Source: Octopus vulgaris (lineage: Eukaryota). Taken from it: a stretch of DNA of 64,000 nucleotides. The stretch lies in contig OX597824.1 in NCBI GenBank assembly GCA_951406725.2, positions 27,776,001 to 27,840,000 of the forward strand. The letters run 5' to 3'. This document shows positions 28,003 to 41,929 of the stretch, one piece after another; within the stretch, counting starts at the first letter, position 1, and every line of letters begins with the position of its first letter. The notes under the pieces are model-generated. The model had not been told where the DNA came from. It worked only from the letters and a program-made list of their open reading frames with translations, and searched no databases. The position numbers were made by a program, and so were the translations under genes.

Positions 28003-28645
28003 ATATGTCTATATATGAAAATGAAAAAGCCGGCATATATATTCACTGCCGACTGGGAACTGCGCCTGCGCGGTAGATTTGAAAAATTAGAATGTATAAG
28101 CACGGGACATATACTGGATTGCCTCGTGTATATATATTTAATCTAAGGTGAACCTGCTGAAGAAAGCTTCGCCTAGCAAATCATTTCAGCGCGACACGTT
28201 ATTTCACGTTGCTCCAGTCCTCTCACCTGGCAAAAATGCGTTGTACCTGATTTCAAAGGGCTTACCTTGTCACACTCTGTAGTGTCTGTAGAGTGCTCAG
28301 CCAATTGCACGTTAATTTCACAAGGAATCTGTTCCGTTGGTCGGTCGACAGAATGCGCCTGCGCTATATGTATGTGTGTGCTTGTGTGTGCGTGTGTGTG
28401 TGTGTGTGTTTGTGTGTGCCTGTGTGTGTCCTGGCATTCTGTCTATTACGACGACGAAGCTGGTGCGATCAACAGAACAGCGCGCTCGTGAATTGAAAGA
28501 GCAAGTGGCTGAGCACTCCTCAGACACGGATTCCTTTAACGTAGTTACCAGGGAGATCCAGCGGACACATATTGTGACAGGGTTAGCCCTTTGATACACA
28601 GGCTATATCTGTGTATGTGTTGTGTGTGCGTGTATATATATATAT

Positions 28646-28696
<51 letters not shown>

Positions 28697-29036
28697 CACA
28701 CACACACGCACACACACAAGCAGACGCGTTATACTATTATGATGAGATGTGCACTGCTTACGCAGTTATTTTACCATTAATGTGTCGCATTTTTTGTCAC
28801 GTTACACACACAATGCACACTACTCGAACATCAATCTTATTACATCATATTATGATTTCATTAATTTTACTTTCATTATCCAATTACTGCTCTATTCAGT
28901 TCTCCTTCTTAACTGACATACTTTACTTTTCCTCTGTTAGCTGTATTTCTACTCTATTTTTTCGTCTTTTATTCTTATGCCTTTAATTTTACCTTCTGAT
29001 ATTATTATTATTATTACTATCATTATTATTATTCTT

Positions 29037-29460
29037 AAGTTGGCGTGCTGGCGGAATCGTTACGACACCGAGCGAAATGATTAGCGGTGTTTGCGTCAGT
29101 CTGAGCGTTTTGAGTTCATATTCCGCTGATGTTGACTTTGCCTTTCATCCTTTTGGGGGCGATAAATTAAGTACCAGTGAAACACTATCGACTATCTCCC
29201 TCCTCAATTTTTCAGGCCTAAAAGATTATCATTGTTTTTTTTTTTAAAGTTGGTGAGATGGCAGAATCGCTAGCACGCCGAACGAAATGCTTAGCGGCAT
29301 ACAATCTGTCATTTCGTTTCAAGTTCAAATACCGTTGATGTCGATTTGCTTTTCATACTGTCGGGGTCTACATATTAAGTAGTAGTCAACTACTGGTGTC
29401 GATGTAATCGAGTAGCCATCGACCATAACATTTCAGGCCTTGTGCCTATAGTAGAAAAGA
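29037..29460 (+). mobile_element. Two tandem SINE family B copies
   Basis: ggcggaatcgtta... and ggcagaatcgctagcacgccg... each ending in caggcct. Confidence 0.75.
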
Positions 29461-29568
29461 TTCTTCTTCTTCTTCTTCTTCTTCTTCTTCTTCTTCTTCT
29501 TCTTCTTCTTCTTCTTCTTCTTCTTCTTCTTCTTCTTCTTCTTCGTCGTCGTCGTCGTCGTCGTCGCC

Positions 29569-29604
29569 GTAGTAGCGTAGTAGTAGTAGTAGTAGTATTA
29601 GTAT

Positions 29605-29654
<50 letters not shown>

Positions 29655-29767
29655 TTGCAATCATAGCAATAGTAACAGTTTACAGCAATTCATCACTTTT
29701 AACTCCCTAGCTCTATAGAAGTTCTATTGAGCACTCTTGAGTACATGCGATTTTTTTTACAATTTAT

Positions 29768-29838
<71 letters not shown>

Positions 29839-29840
29839 CA

Positions 29841-29872
<32 letters not shown>

Positions 29873-29948
29873 GTTATTATTATTATTATTATTATCATCA
29901 TCATCATCATCATCATTATTATTATTATTATTATTATTATCATCATCA

Positions 29949-30012
<64 letters not shown>

Positions 30013-30261
30013 GAAAAATTTTCGGTTATAACTACTGGATATGCACTTTACGCACCGGGCACCTCTCCAATCACTTGCAGTAGAGAATGGACATAATGCC
30101 TTAATACATCAGATGATTATATGATGTGGAGAAACTCTAGCACTGCATAAATTGAAAAAACAAAGCACATGTACTCAAGAGTGCTGAATAGAACTGCTAT
30201 AGAACTAGGAAATTTAAAGTGATGAATTGCTGAAAATTGTTACTATTGCAATGCTATAGTT

Positions 30262-30317
<56 letters not shown>

Positions 30318-30333
30318 GCTACTGCTGCTGCTG

Positions 30334-30388
<55 letters not shown>
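29569..30388. repeat. Diverged inverted repeat: ~100-bp arms (29666-29766 / 30148-30249) extended by (GTA)n and (TAC)n
   Basis: gcaatagtaaca...cagcaattcatcactt...gcactcttgagtacatg is the reverse complement of catgtactcaagagtgc...aagtgatgaattgctg...tgttactattgc. Confidence 0.8.
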
Positions 30389-30389
<1 letters not shown>

Positions 30390-31519
30390 GGCGTCGTTCC
30401 ACATATCTGAATTAGTTCAGATTTGAATACGTATCAGAAATTCCTGATGTTTCCATTCATTATAACTGATATTTTACATAGAATATGGACATTCCAGTTT
30501 GTAAATTAATTTTATGGCGGGGATTTCATGTAATGAAGTATGTGCCACCTGATAATTATTCAGTACTTTTTTTTTTTTGTTTCCTTTCCGTGCCCTACTT
30601 CACATGTCCTGTCAATCTCTTATAGCTGGAACTGCTCCTACGTCCATATTCCTTATTCTCCTTATTTCAATCTGCAGGTCTTGATACATTTTGAGAGAAT
30701 TTTTTTTAAAACCTTATTATACGAGATCCAATTACCTTCCTATTCAGGAGTTTTCATTTACTCCTGACACAATTTTTATTTCCTCTATTTACTATTTCTC
30801 TGCCTTCTATTAAACTCGTCTTTTATATTTGCAGCTTGCTCTCCCTTCATTGAATGATTCTATATTATTCATTTAATTTCAGCTTCTATCTCTTTCACTC
30901 TCTCGCTTTCTCTCTCCCCATTTATTCAATTTTGGGTAAGAGTCATTCATTAAACATCCCTTCTCTACTCCTCTTAAACAACTTTTTACAGTAACGCAGT
31001 AAGAGTGACTAACAGCAAGCACGCATTTGCGTGACGCGTGATTATCCTATAAAAATTTCTTTCAGTCAATTCCTAAATTAGGAAATTGCTTTCAATCACT
31101 TTACAAATGAGATAAACGTCATATATGACATTATAATTAATGTTCTTACCCCACCCCCACTAAATTCAGAGAATATAAATGCGTATTTTATTTCCGAGAC
31201 TACTACATCCAATAACAAAATTAAATATATTCTCCGTCTTCATTCTCAACAAGAATTTTCCTCGTACAAAAATCTACACTTTAAACCACATCAGACGTTT
31301 CATCTTTCCTCTCCTTCATTCATATGGCCTTCTTTAATTTTAACATCGTTTCCACCTGTATATTTAGTGTCGTTAAAACTAAGGAGATAACAGATCGAAA
31401 GACATTTGTTAAGTAACGGATCATATGTCTTAGACAATTACAATAGGATCCTTTTGCGATTTCAATCTGAAATCCGGCAGGATCTATGTCGTTTTTGCTT
31501 TTTATTATTTCCATGGTTA

Positions 31520-31815
31520 AAGGCGGCGAGCTGGCAGAATCGTTAGCACGCCGGGTGAAATGCATAAGCGGTATTTCGTCTGCCGTTACGTTCTGGGTTC
31601 AAATTCCGCCGAGGTCGACTTTGTCTTTCATCCTTTCGGGGTTGATTAAAGAAGTACCAGTTACGCACTGGGGTCGATGTAATCGACTTCATCCCTTTGT
31701 CTGTCCTTGTTTGTCCCCTCTATGTCTAGCACCTTGTGGGCAATAAAGAAATAAGAATCGTTAGCATGCAGGGCAAAATGCTTAGCGGCATTTCGTTCAT
31801 ATCTACGTCCAAATT
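31520..31815 (+). mobile_element. SINE family B plus start of a second unit
   Basis: aaggcggcgagctggcagaatcgttagcacg...gggttcaaattccgccgaggtcgac...aaagaaataagaatcgttagc. Confidence 0.85.
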
Positions 31816-32329
31816 CCCTCGACTACAACAAGACGACCAAGGTGTTTTTTTCCAAGGTCTGGGGTCTCCCGCCCCTAAGCCCTAGACCATCACCTAGTCA
31901 GCCTTACCTGTCTTGTTGCTTAACAACAACAACAACAACAACAACAACCACATACAACGGCACGAACACGTTCATCACTATCACCAACACCACCACCACC
32001 ACCAACACCACCACCACCGGCACCACCGACACCATCGACAATGACAATAACAACATCTACTAAACGATCAACAAAGCAACAAAAGTATCCTGAAGGAAGC
32101 CAGCTGAGAGTCACACGCCAAGTACCGAAGTCCTATGTCGTTTCATGTATTGGAAGAGATCGTATCCAAGCTTGCATTAAATTTTAGTCTATCACCGTGT
32201 GATAGACCTTTAAGAATGCGTTGTAGAATATAGGATTTGGTAAATGGCAGCAGAAGATTCGAAAGTGGTGACAGTCTTTGCTGGAAGGCTTTTTTTTTTT
32301 TTGTTGATAAAATCGCTGTTTCGTTAGGG

Positions 32330-32860
32330 ACTAAACCTGAGGCTAAATAACGCCGGCAGCGACAGAAATAACAGCCGCAATGGCAATAATGACGGCAGCA
32401 GTGACAGCAGTGACAACAACAACAACAACAACAACAACAACAGCAACAACAACAACAACAACATCAATAACAACAACAGCAGTAGTAGTAGCAGTGAGAA
32501 CAGCAGGAAAAACAAATAGATCAGCCACTTTAACAACTAAAATATCGACATCAACATCATCAACAACAACAGCAACGACAACAACAACAACAACAAAAAC
32601 AACAACAAAAACAAGAACAACAAGAACAACAACAACAACAAAAACAAGAACAACAACAACAACAACAACAACAGCAGTAGTAGTAGCAGTAGCAGTGAGA
32701 ACAGCAGGAAAAACAACCAGATCAGCCACTTTAACAACTAAAATAACGACATCAACATTGACGACATCAACATCAACAACCACAACAACATCATGATCAT
32801 CCTCATAATCAACAACAACTACAACAACGACAGCAAAAGCGAAAGCAATGGCGGCAGCAG
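32330..32860. repeat. (AAC)n/(CAG)n low-complexity tract with an internal ~85-bp duplication
   Basis: acagcagtagtagtagcagtgagaacagcaggaaaaac..gatcagccactttaacaactaaaat occurs at ~32475 and ~32671. Confidence 0.85.
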
Positions 32861-33008
32861 CAGCGATAACACACCAGGATTAAAATTTACATTCGCAACA
32901 GGAACAGTAACCTCAACAACAACAACGCCAACAACACGAGCGATAATATGGACAACTGCGGAAAGGGAAAGAGTCAGCACTAACTACATCATCACCAGCA
33001 ACATCAAG

Positions 33009-33345
33009 TGGAGGCGCAATGGCCCAAAGGTTAGGGCAGCAGACTCGCGGTCGGAGGATCGCGGTTTCGATTCCCAGACCGGGCGTTGTGCCTGTTTATT
33101 GAGCGAAAACGCCTAAAGCTCCACGAGACTCCGGCAGGGAGTGGTGGTGACCCCTGTTGTACTCTTTCGTTCCAACTTTCTCACATTCTTTCTTCCTGTT
33201 TCTTGTCCCCGACTTTCTACGCAACCGCTGAGCTTAGATGTGCATTCATCCATCCGTCGATGCTCTCGGTGTCGGGGGAGGGGTTGACCTGCTTTCTCTT
33301 CTGCGGGTCTTAGGAATAGCAAAGGGGGACCGCTTCGCTCAACGA
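33009..33345 (+). mobile_element. SINE family C, tail type 2 (ends ccgcttcgctcaac + AAC-rich tail)
   Basis: ggaggcgcaatggccc..ggtttcgattcccagaccgggcg head; tail shared with 36990-37350. Confidence 0.85.
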
Positions 33346-33412
33346 CAAGCAGCAACATCAAGAACAACAATAACAGCTATTGTAACAAAAAAAAAAACAA
33401 CAGCAAGTACAG

Positions 33413-33760
33413 AGCGGGGGTGAACCCCGCTGTACTCTTTCACCACTACTTTCTCTCACTCTTTCTTCCTACTTCTGGCACAATGCAGAGGAACCATGGT
33501 GTAATCCACTATGGTGTGGTAAACCTTCAGACCCTAGTCTAGATTGCGAATCCTCTGTACTCCAGGATGGTTCAGCTCTCCACCCGTTAAAATCCACCGT
33601 TTAAAGAATGAGGATAACAACGTAGCTTTCGCGCCCGTGCAACCCCCAGTCTATCGCGTGTGGTGGGTGGATCTTCAAGTTGCCACACGCATTCTTAGTA
33701 GCTTAGGGTAGACTCGAATTAGAGATTATTCTTTGTGGCTAATGGCGTGGGTCCTGATTG
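33413..33760 (+). mobile_element. SINE family C body with tail type 4, followed by (GAA)n
   Basis: ccccgctgtactctttcaccactactttctctcactctttcttcct body, then ~290 bp of unrelated sequence ending at the (GAA)n tract. Confidence 0.5.
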
Positions 33761-33773
33761 GAAGAAGAAGAAG

Positions 33774-33805
<32 letters not shown>

Positions 33806-33841
33806 GAAGAAGAAGAAGAAGAAGAAGGAGGAGGAGGAGGA

Positions 33842-33872
<31 letters not shown>

Positions 33873-34031
33873 AAGAAGAAGAAGAAAAAGGAGAAGAAGA
33901 AGAAGAAGAAGACGAAGACGACGGCAAAAACAACACAACAGCATCAGCAACGTGGATAACTGCAGATACGCATAAAAACAACAGCAGCAATATCAGCATC
34001 ACAAAGACTGTGCCGTAAAGGGAACAGAAGT

Positions 34032-34064
<33 letters not shown>

Positions 34065-34109
34065 AGCCTCAACAACAACAACCATGGTAGCAGTATGAAA
34101 ATGAACAAT

Positions 34110-34320
34110 AAGGCAGCGAACTGTCGGAATCATTATCATGCGAGAAAATTGCGAAGCGGCATTTTTTCCCCCGTTTCTTTACGTTCTAAGTTCAAATTCC
34201 GCTGATGTCGCTTTTTGTGTTTCATCACTTCGGGGTCCATAACATAAGTCACGAGGGTCGATGTAACCGACAATCTACCCTCTAAAATTTCAGTCCTTGT
34301 ACCTATAATAGAAAAGATTA
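34110..34320 (+). mobile_element. SINE family B, diverged, running into the (TTA)n array
   Basis: aaggcagcgaactg...aagttcaaattccgctgatgtcg...ccttgtacctataatagaaaag. Confidence 0.7.
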
Positions 34321-34487
34321 TTATTATTATTATTTTTTTTTTTTTTCTTCTTTCAAATTTTCTTCCATTTCTGGCCGAGTGTCTTCCCGACTCCTAGGGC
34401 AAAGAAACTCATAGTATACATTGGTAGGCCATTAAACCAAACTCAGTAGTTCGTTCATTTTTTTTTTTAAGTTAAATTTAAATTTAA

Positions 34488-34574
<87 letters not shown>

Positions 34575-35023
34575 GAGTGGGAGAGCTGTGCATGCCATCA
34601 AAGTGACACTGGCGTAAAATATACGAAGCCCAGTATAGCCATCATGACTACCGGTCTGAGAAGGGTACACCAGGCACATGCAATCACAACCATATGTGCA
34701 CGACATGGTGATCTCATATCAAGATAAACAGCGCATGACCTTGCAGGTGTGGCCCAGTTAGAATTTTCTTCTGGCTGAGTAGGCCATCCCGCTCAAAGGT
34801 CCCTGAATAAGGATATTTTAAGGATGTTGAACGAACAACCCATGTTTCTAGCGGTGAATTATCCGAACCTCCAAAAATTCCTCCCAACACACGGCTATGA
34901 TGCTCCCCCACTACTTCTGCTCGTGGTCAGAGATGCACATATCGCCAGCCACTCTACATGATAACACTTCCAATCAGTTATGATCAGAAGCCATGCGAGC
35001 CACTACCTGGTACTGTATTAGGG

Positions 35024-35024
<1 letters not shown>
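34575..35024 (-). mobile_element. Non-coding (TAA)n-embedded element, family D (~100-bp internal deletion)
   Basis: Reverse-complement match to 57457-58007 with the same two ends; flanked by (TTA)n on both sides. Confidence 0.8.
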
Positions 35025-35079
<55 letters not shown>

Positions 35080-35080
<1 letters not shown>

Positions 35081-35315
35081 ATGTTTGACTTTTGCTTTAT
35101 ATTTGTACAAGTTGGCTCAAAGTCTCACCCGGAGACCCCAAGAGACAACAGGTTGGAAGTTCACGTTGTTGTTATGCCTAGTGTGCCATATATTTGGTTG
35201 TTTTTTGTGTTGTACTGGTGGATGTCTAAAAAAAAATGTTTGTTTTAAACCTTGAGATTACGTAGAAAGTATTTTGCGTAGGATATGAGCAGTTCCCATG
35301 AGCACTATCTTTTGA

Positions 35316-35318
<3 letters not shown>
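35080..35318 (-). mobile_element. R4/Dong-like RLE retrotransposon 3' end (subfamily 1)
   Basis: Minus strand IQKIVLMGTAHILRKILST* plus 3'UTR; (TTA)n on both sides. Confidence 0.8.
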
Positions 35319-35384
<66 letters not shown>

Positions 35385-35387
<3 letters not shown>

Positions 35388-35547
35388 TAGTTTTATTTTT
35401 ATTTTTATAGCGTGCTTTCACTTCACTACCGAGCGCAGCTCTGTGTGCCTTGGGTATGTGCTGTGATTTGTTGTGATGCTCCGATGGTTATTGTATGGAA
35501 AGTGTTCTGCGTAGGATGTGTGCAGTGCCTAGTAGTGCAATTTTCTG
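35385..35547 (-). mobile_element. R4/Dong-like RLE retrotransposon 3' end (subfamily 2)
   Basis: Minus strand QKIALLGTAHILRRTLSIQ* plus 3'UTR; nearly identical to 36364-36521. Confidence 0.85.
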
Positions 35548-35620
<73 letters not shown>

Positions 35621-35621
<1 letters not shown>

Positions 35622-36267
35622 TCTTTTTATCACAATTTTGTAGAAAATACTGGAGTCTTGGATGCATAGCGGGCTTACTACCTGCAGCCTACGACACCAT
35701 GTTATTCTTTCTTTTCAGCTTTCTAATACTTTCCTGATTGTTCTGGCTGTGCTAAGGAGGCAAACCATTTGTAACAGTCCTACTGGGCATACTCTTCCAA
35801 TTTCCTTGAGATTCATCTTGATACCTTCTGATACTGTACCCAAAAGACCCAACAATAATTGGCACTATTTTCAACTCCTTCATTTCCCATAGGCTGGCTA
35901 GTTCTTACTTAAGAAGGTGGTATTCATCTAATTTGTGTCTTACTTCTTGACTAATCGTGGGTCAAAGGAGCATTCAACCTCAACTATATAGCACATGTGG
36001 TGAATCCTGTCGGCCACTATTATGTCCGGTTTGTTATACTCTAGCACCTGATCTGCTTGGATTGAAAAATCCCAGAGGATTTTGCTAGTCTCCGATTTCT
36101 CCACTCCCTGCGGTTTGTGCTCATGCTACATCATGCCTCTCTCTAACTTCCACCTTTCGCACAGTTTCCAATGTGGCACTTTCATCTACCTGATCATTCT
36201 ACCTCAACTTGTAGTGATTTTTGCGAATCTGGGGCATTCGTTTGTGAAATATTATTGGTGTCATTTT
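35621..36267 (-). mobile_element. R4/Dong-like retrotransposon fragment covering the RLE endonuclease (subfamily 3, pseudogenised)
   Basis: Minus strand with frameshifts: ECPRFAKNHYKLR*NDQV..HWKLC..HEHKPQGV..KILWDFSIQADQVLEYNKPDIIV..IVEVECSFD..ELASLWEM..IVPIIVG..LLQMVCLLSTARTIRKVLES*, matching the RHD / PD-(D/E)xK RLE layout. Confidence 0.85.
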
Positions 36268-36280
36268 GTTGTTGTTGTTA

Positions 36281-36363
<83 letters not shown>

Positions 36364-36366
<3 letters not shown>

Positions 36367-36612
36367 TAGTTTTATTTTTTATAGCGTGCTTTCACTTCAC
36401 TACCGAGCGCAGCTCTGTGTGCCTTGGATATGTGCTGTGATTTGTTGTGATGCTCTGATGGTTATTGTATGGAAAGTGTTCTGCGTAGGATGTGTGCAGT
36501 GCCTAGTAGTGCAATTTTCTGTATGCTATATGTGTTTGTAAGTCCTGGTGTTTTTGTTATGTATCTGTCTGAATATTTTTTTATCATGCCTAATGCACCT
36601 ACTATGATAGGA

Positions 36613-36614
<2 letters not shown>
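36364..36614 (-). mobile_element. R4/Dong-like RLE retrotransposon 3' end (subfamily 2)
   Basis: ORF track 36462-36689: IPIIVGALGMIKKYSDRYITKTPGLTNTYSIQKIALLGTAHILRRTLSIQ*. Confidence 0.88.
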
Positions 36615-36686
<72 letters not shown>

Positions 36687-36690
36687 CATT

Positions 36691-36737
36691 GAGTGAGAGA
36701 GTTGTGCATGTCATCAAAGTGACACTGGGGTAAAATT
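36691..36737 (-). mobile_element. Family D terminal fragment
   Basis: gagtgagagagttgtgcatgtcatcaaagtgacactggggtaaaat matches 34575-34620, directly after (TTA)n. Confidence 0.7.
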
Positions 36738-36989
36738 GAAAACCGCCTTTGCGTTTTATCATTTCGGTGTTGGTGAAGTGTGTATCGGTTGAGTACTTGG
36801 GGTGGGGAGGTTGATGTTTTCCAATAGCGTCCTGTCCTAAGATTGGTGGTTTTGTGCCAAAATTTCATACCATTGTCAGTACGGCCCGTATGGACAACAC
36901 TAACCAGAATCCTTAATAGACACAACAACTGCAAAAACAACAACCACAGCAACAATAACATCAATAACAAAAACAACAGCACCAACAGT

Positions 36990-37350
36990 GGAGGTGCAAT
37001 GGCCCAGTGGTTAGGGCAGCGGATTCGCGGTCGGAGGATCGCGATTTCGATTCCCAGACCGGGCGTTGTATGTGTTTATTGAGCGAAACATTCTAAAGCT
37101 CCACGAGGCTCCGGCAGGGGGTGGCGGCGACCCCTGTTGTACTCTTTCGCTCCAACTTTCTCTCACTCTTTCTTCCTGTTTCTTGTCCCCGACTTTCTAC
37201 GCAACCGCTGAGCCTGGATGAACATTTATCCATCCGTCGATGCTTTCGGTGTCGGGGGGTTGACCTGCTTTCTCTTCTGCGGGTCTTAGGAATAGCAAAG
37301 GACCACGTATCGGACTTCTCCCATTACGGATGCAGACCGCTTCGCTCAAC
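36990..37350 (+). mobile_element. SINE family C, tail type 2
   Basis: Family C head; tail as in 33009-33345. Confidence 0.85.
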
Positions 37351-37812
37351 AAACAAATAAACATACACAACAACAACAGCAACAACAATAAAACAACAGC
37401 AACAAGAAAAAGCACAACAGCTACACGACAGAATATGGAATAACAAGCAATTGAAAATACATCGATATCTGCGGAAACGAAAAATAGCAGCGACACCAGA
37501 AATATATTTACAAGAGAAATATAGTTAAGAGTAACATTAACTGCAGCAACGACAACAACAACAAAAACAACAACAACAGCAGCAGCAACAGCAGCAGCAG
37601 CCAGCAATAGCGATGATAATGACGATGACACGGACGAAGCAATAACAGGAACAATGATAATGGCTACAAGAATAAAAAAAGAACAAATGTAATAACGGCC
37701 GCAGTAATTTCGATAGGCGAAAGGTGTAACAGCTGCCTCAACAAGGCCAGACGAACACAACTACAATAACAATAACAATAATAATATCAGTAACTGCATT
37801 GGCATAGTAAAC

Positions 37813-38610
<798 letters not shown>

Positions 38611-38908
38611 GTGCTATTTTATCTCTAAAAACAATAGAAAAATTAGCAACAACAAAATATACTACCACCATGAACAACAACAACAACATAAATAAAAACA
38701 AGAACCATCAAGGAAACCATTGAAAGTAAGGCGAGAAGCACCGGTGACAGGAATGCACCTTCGAAGTCTCTAGCTGACCGTTTAGAAATAACAGTTAAAA
38801 TCTTCGTCATATCACAAAAGACTAAGTTTAAAAAAATAAGAGTAGCAAGTATTGCAGACTGCAGCTAGAGATGTAGAAAAGGATATACGAACGGTATTTA
38901 TTTAAATA

Positions 38909-39078
38909 GGCGCAGGAGTGGCTGTGTGGTAAGTAGCTTGCTAACCAACCACATGGTTCCGGGTTCAGTCCCACTGTGTGGCATCTTGGGCAAGTGTCTT
39001 CTGCTATAGCCCCGGGCCGACCAATGCCTTGCGAGTGGATTTGGCAGACGGAAACTGAAAGAAGCCTGTCGTATATAT

Positions 39079-39131
<53 letters not shown>

Positions 39132-39363
39132 CGTGTGTGTGTTTGTGTGTCTGTGTTTGTCCCCCTAGCATTGCTTGACTACCGATGCTGGTGTGTTTAC
39201 GTTCCCGTAAACTAGCGGTTCGGCAAAAGATACCGATAGAATAAGTACTGGGCTTACAAAGAATAAGTCCCGGGGTCGATTTGCTCGACTAAAGGCGGTG
39301 CTCCAGCATGGCCGCAGTCAAATGACTGAAACAAGTAAAAGAGTAAAAGAGTAAAAGAGTAAA
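38909..39363 (+). mobile_element. SINE family A, full length
   Basis: GGCGCAGGAGTGGCTGTGTGGTAAG...GGGTTCAGTCCC...(GTAAAAGA)n tail. Confidence 0.92.
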
Positions 39364-39479
39364 TGTCTGGTTGATCAGGACTGTCCGAAATAGAGGCATG
39401 TCAAACGAACAATAGCAGCAGCAGCGAGATGAACGGCGAAAACAATAACGACTACGGTAAGAAGAATACCAATACCACA

Positions 39480-39980
39480 AGCAGCCATGGCAGCGGCGAC
39501 GGCAAGGAGTGACAGCGGCGATAGCGGTTACGGCGACAGCAGTGCAACGGTACGACAGAGGCGACGGCGACGGCAGCGATGACGACAGAGGCGACGGCGA
39601 TGTTAGCGGCGACGGTGACGGGACGTCAGTGGCGACAGCGACCATAGCGGCGACGGCAACGGCAGCGGCAACGGCGACGACAGCGCAATGGTACGACAGA
39701 AGCGACGGCAACGGCAGCGGCGACGGTATCGGTGACGGCGATGATAGGGGCGACGGTGACGGAACAACAGTGGTGACAGCGAGGTTAGCGGCGACGGCAT
39801 CGGCGACGGTATCGGTGACGGCGACGGTGACGGCACAACAGTGGTGACAGCGACGTTAGGGGCGACGGCGACAACAGCAGCGACGGCGACAACAGCGGCG
39901 ACGGCGACAACAGCGGCGAAAGCCACGACCGCGACAGTCACTACGGCGACGACAGCGACGACGGCGACGGCAGCGGCGAA
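39480..39980. repeat. GC/CpG-rich cryptic repeat of GAC/GGC triplets with ~140-bp higher-order duplication
   Basis: ggcgacggcgac motifs; ggtacgacaga-ggcgacggc-..-gtggcgacagcga blocks recur at ~39549 and ~39690. Confidence 0.75.
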
Positions 39981-40319
39981 TGCAGGAGAGGGGAAAGAGC
40001 AGTAACAACGATAAAAGAGGCGTTATTGGCCGGGACGGCAGTACTGGCCGGCTGTGGCGGCTGGAGCAACGGCAAGGAAATAAGACCTTGACAACACAAC
40101 GAAAGTAAGAAAACGTCAGAGAGTAACAACAATATAATCGTCAGTCACAATAACGATAATAACGACATTCATATATATTATAATATATAGAAACATAAGT
40201 ATATATATAGAGAGGAAAAGAGATGTAAATGAGAGACAGAGGGGGAAAGAACGAGCGTATGTGTGTAAGATAGAACGAGAGAGGATAGTATGTGTTTGTA
40301 CATGCGTATTTGAGATAAG

Positions 40320-40399
<80 letters not shown>

Positions 40400-40592
40400 A
40401 TATACATATATATATATATATATATAGATATTTATATATATGTGTGTGAGTGTGTGTGTGTATACATACATACACATATATGTACACATATATATACATG
40501 TATATGAATATATGTGTGTGTGTGTATATATATATATATATGAAATATATATATCTACATATATATATACATACATATGCATATATATGTAT

Positions 40593-40623
<31 letters not shown>

Positions 40624-40656
40624 TATAGATAGATATATATAGATAGATAAATAGAG

Positions 40657-40719
<63 letters not shown>

Positions 40720-41258
40720 CAGGTGAGTAGGTAGGCAGATTGATAATGAGCGGATATATAGATATATATAGATATAAAAATGCGTTCATACATATATACA
40801 TACATTTATAAACACATACATGCATATATGCATTCATGCATACATGTATATAAGTGTACATACATACGTACATACATACACACTTATATAAACAGATAAG
40901 CAGAGATAGGAATACAGATGTGTAAACAATCAGATAAACCTTATCAGACGATGAGTGAGAAAATAGATATATAAAGACTGAATAACATGGGTTTAAAGGG
41001 AGACGGCGTCATACAGGCACATACATAGACACACATATAAGCAAATCTGTCCGTGGATCTATCGATCGATAGATAGGTAGATAGATAGACGGACGGACGG
41101 ACAGACAGACAGTCACACAGACAGACAGATAGATAGATAGATAGATAATTAGATAGATAGGTAGGTAGGTAGGTAGGTAGGTATGAAGGCATATAGATAG
41201 ATAGATAGATAGACAAGCATATAGATAGACAGGTAGATAGATAGATTGATAGGTAGAC

Positions 41259-41321
<63 letters not shown>

Positions 41322-41323
<2 letters not shown>

Positions 41324-41790
41324 TGTTTCTTTATTAGCCACACAGGGCTGCACACAGACAGAACAAATTACAAGGTAGAACTTTCTTTTGGGGTAAAAAG
41401 AGGGGGTTGGTTTTCGATCAACAGGGATCGTAAAAGGAAAGAAAGAGGACAAAAAAAGGGAAGGATTTAAGAAAAAGGGGGGGAGAGGGAAAAAAAGAAA
41501 AGGGGAGAGGAAAAAAAAAGATTGATCAATAGGGATCGTTATCACAGAAATGTCAATATGAAGTGTAAAGGGGAGGACAGGTGAGGTTTACCCGTGGAAA
41601 GAAAAGTCTACGAAAAAGACCACGGTAACCGGTCAATGAAGTCAATATTGTTATATTTGCAACCACAATCACTGTATTCAATTTTTACGGTTCATAGAAT
41701 CATAGCTCAAGGTGGCTTCGTCATTCATACGTGCCATCCTTGCTACATTCACCCATCTTTTTTTAAAACATTCACTAGACAAAACTATGT
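41322..41790 (-). mobile_element. L1/Tx1-like LINE 3' end abutting (GATA)n
   Basis: Minus strand VLSSECFKKRWVNVARMARMNDEATLS, then a pyrimidine-rich 3'UTR, AATAAA and a (TATC)n tract; related copy at 43506-43658. Confidence 0.6.
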
Positions 41791-41929
41791 TTAACCTCAC
41801 CGTGGGCAATAAGGAAATATATATATAGCCAGATCACCGGAGATTACAGCAGGAAAATCCGAACAGATTCCTGAAGAACATCGTGGAGTCTGTAGGGGAA
41901 GTTATCTCGCTGTGTTTGACGGACGGTGT

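Noticed and set aside
32380-32796. Thr-rich mucin-like ORF
   Set aside because: (AAC)n-derived low complexity with a local duplication; no splice or domain support.
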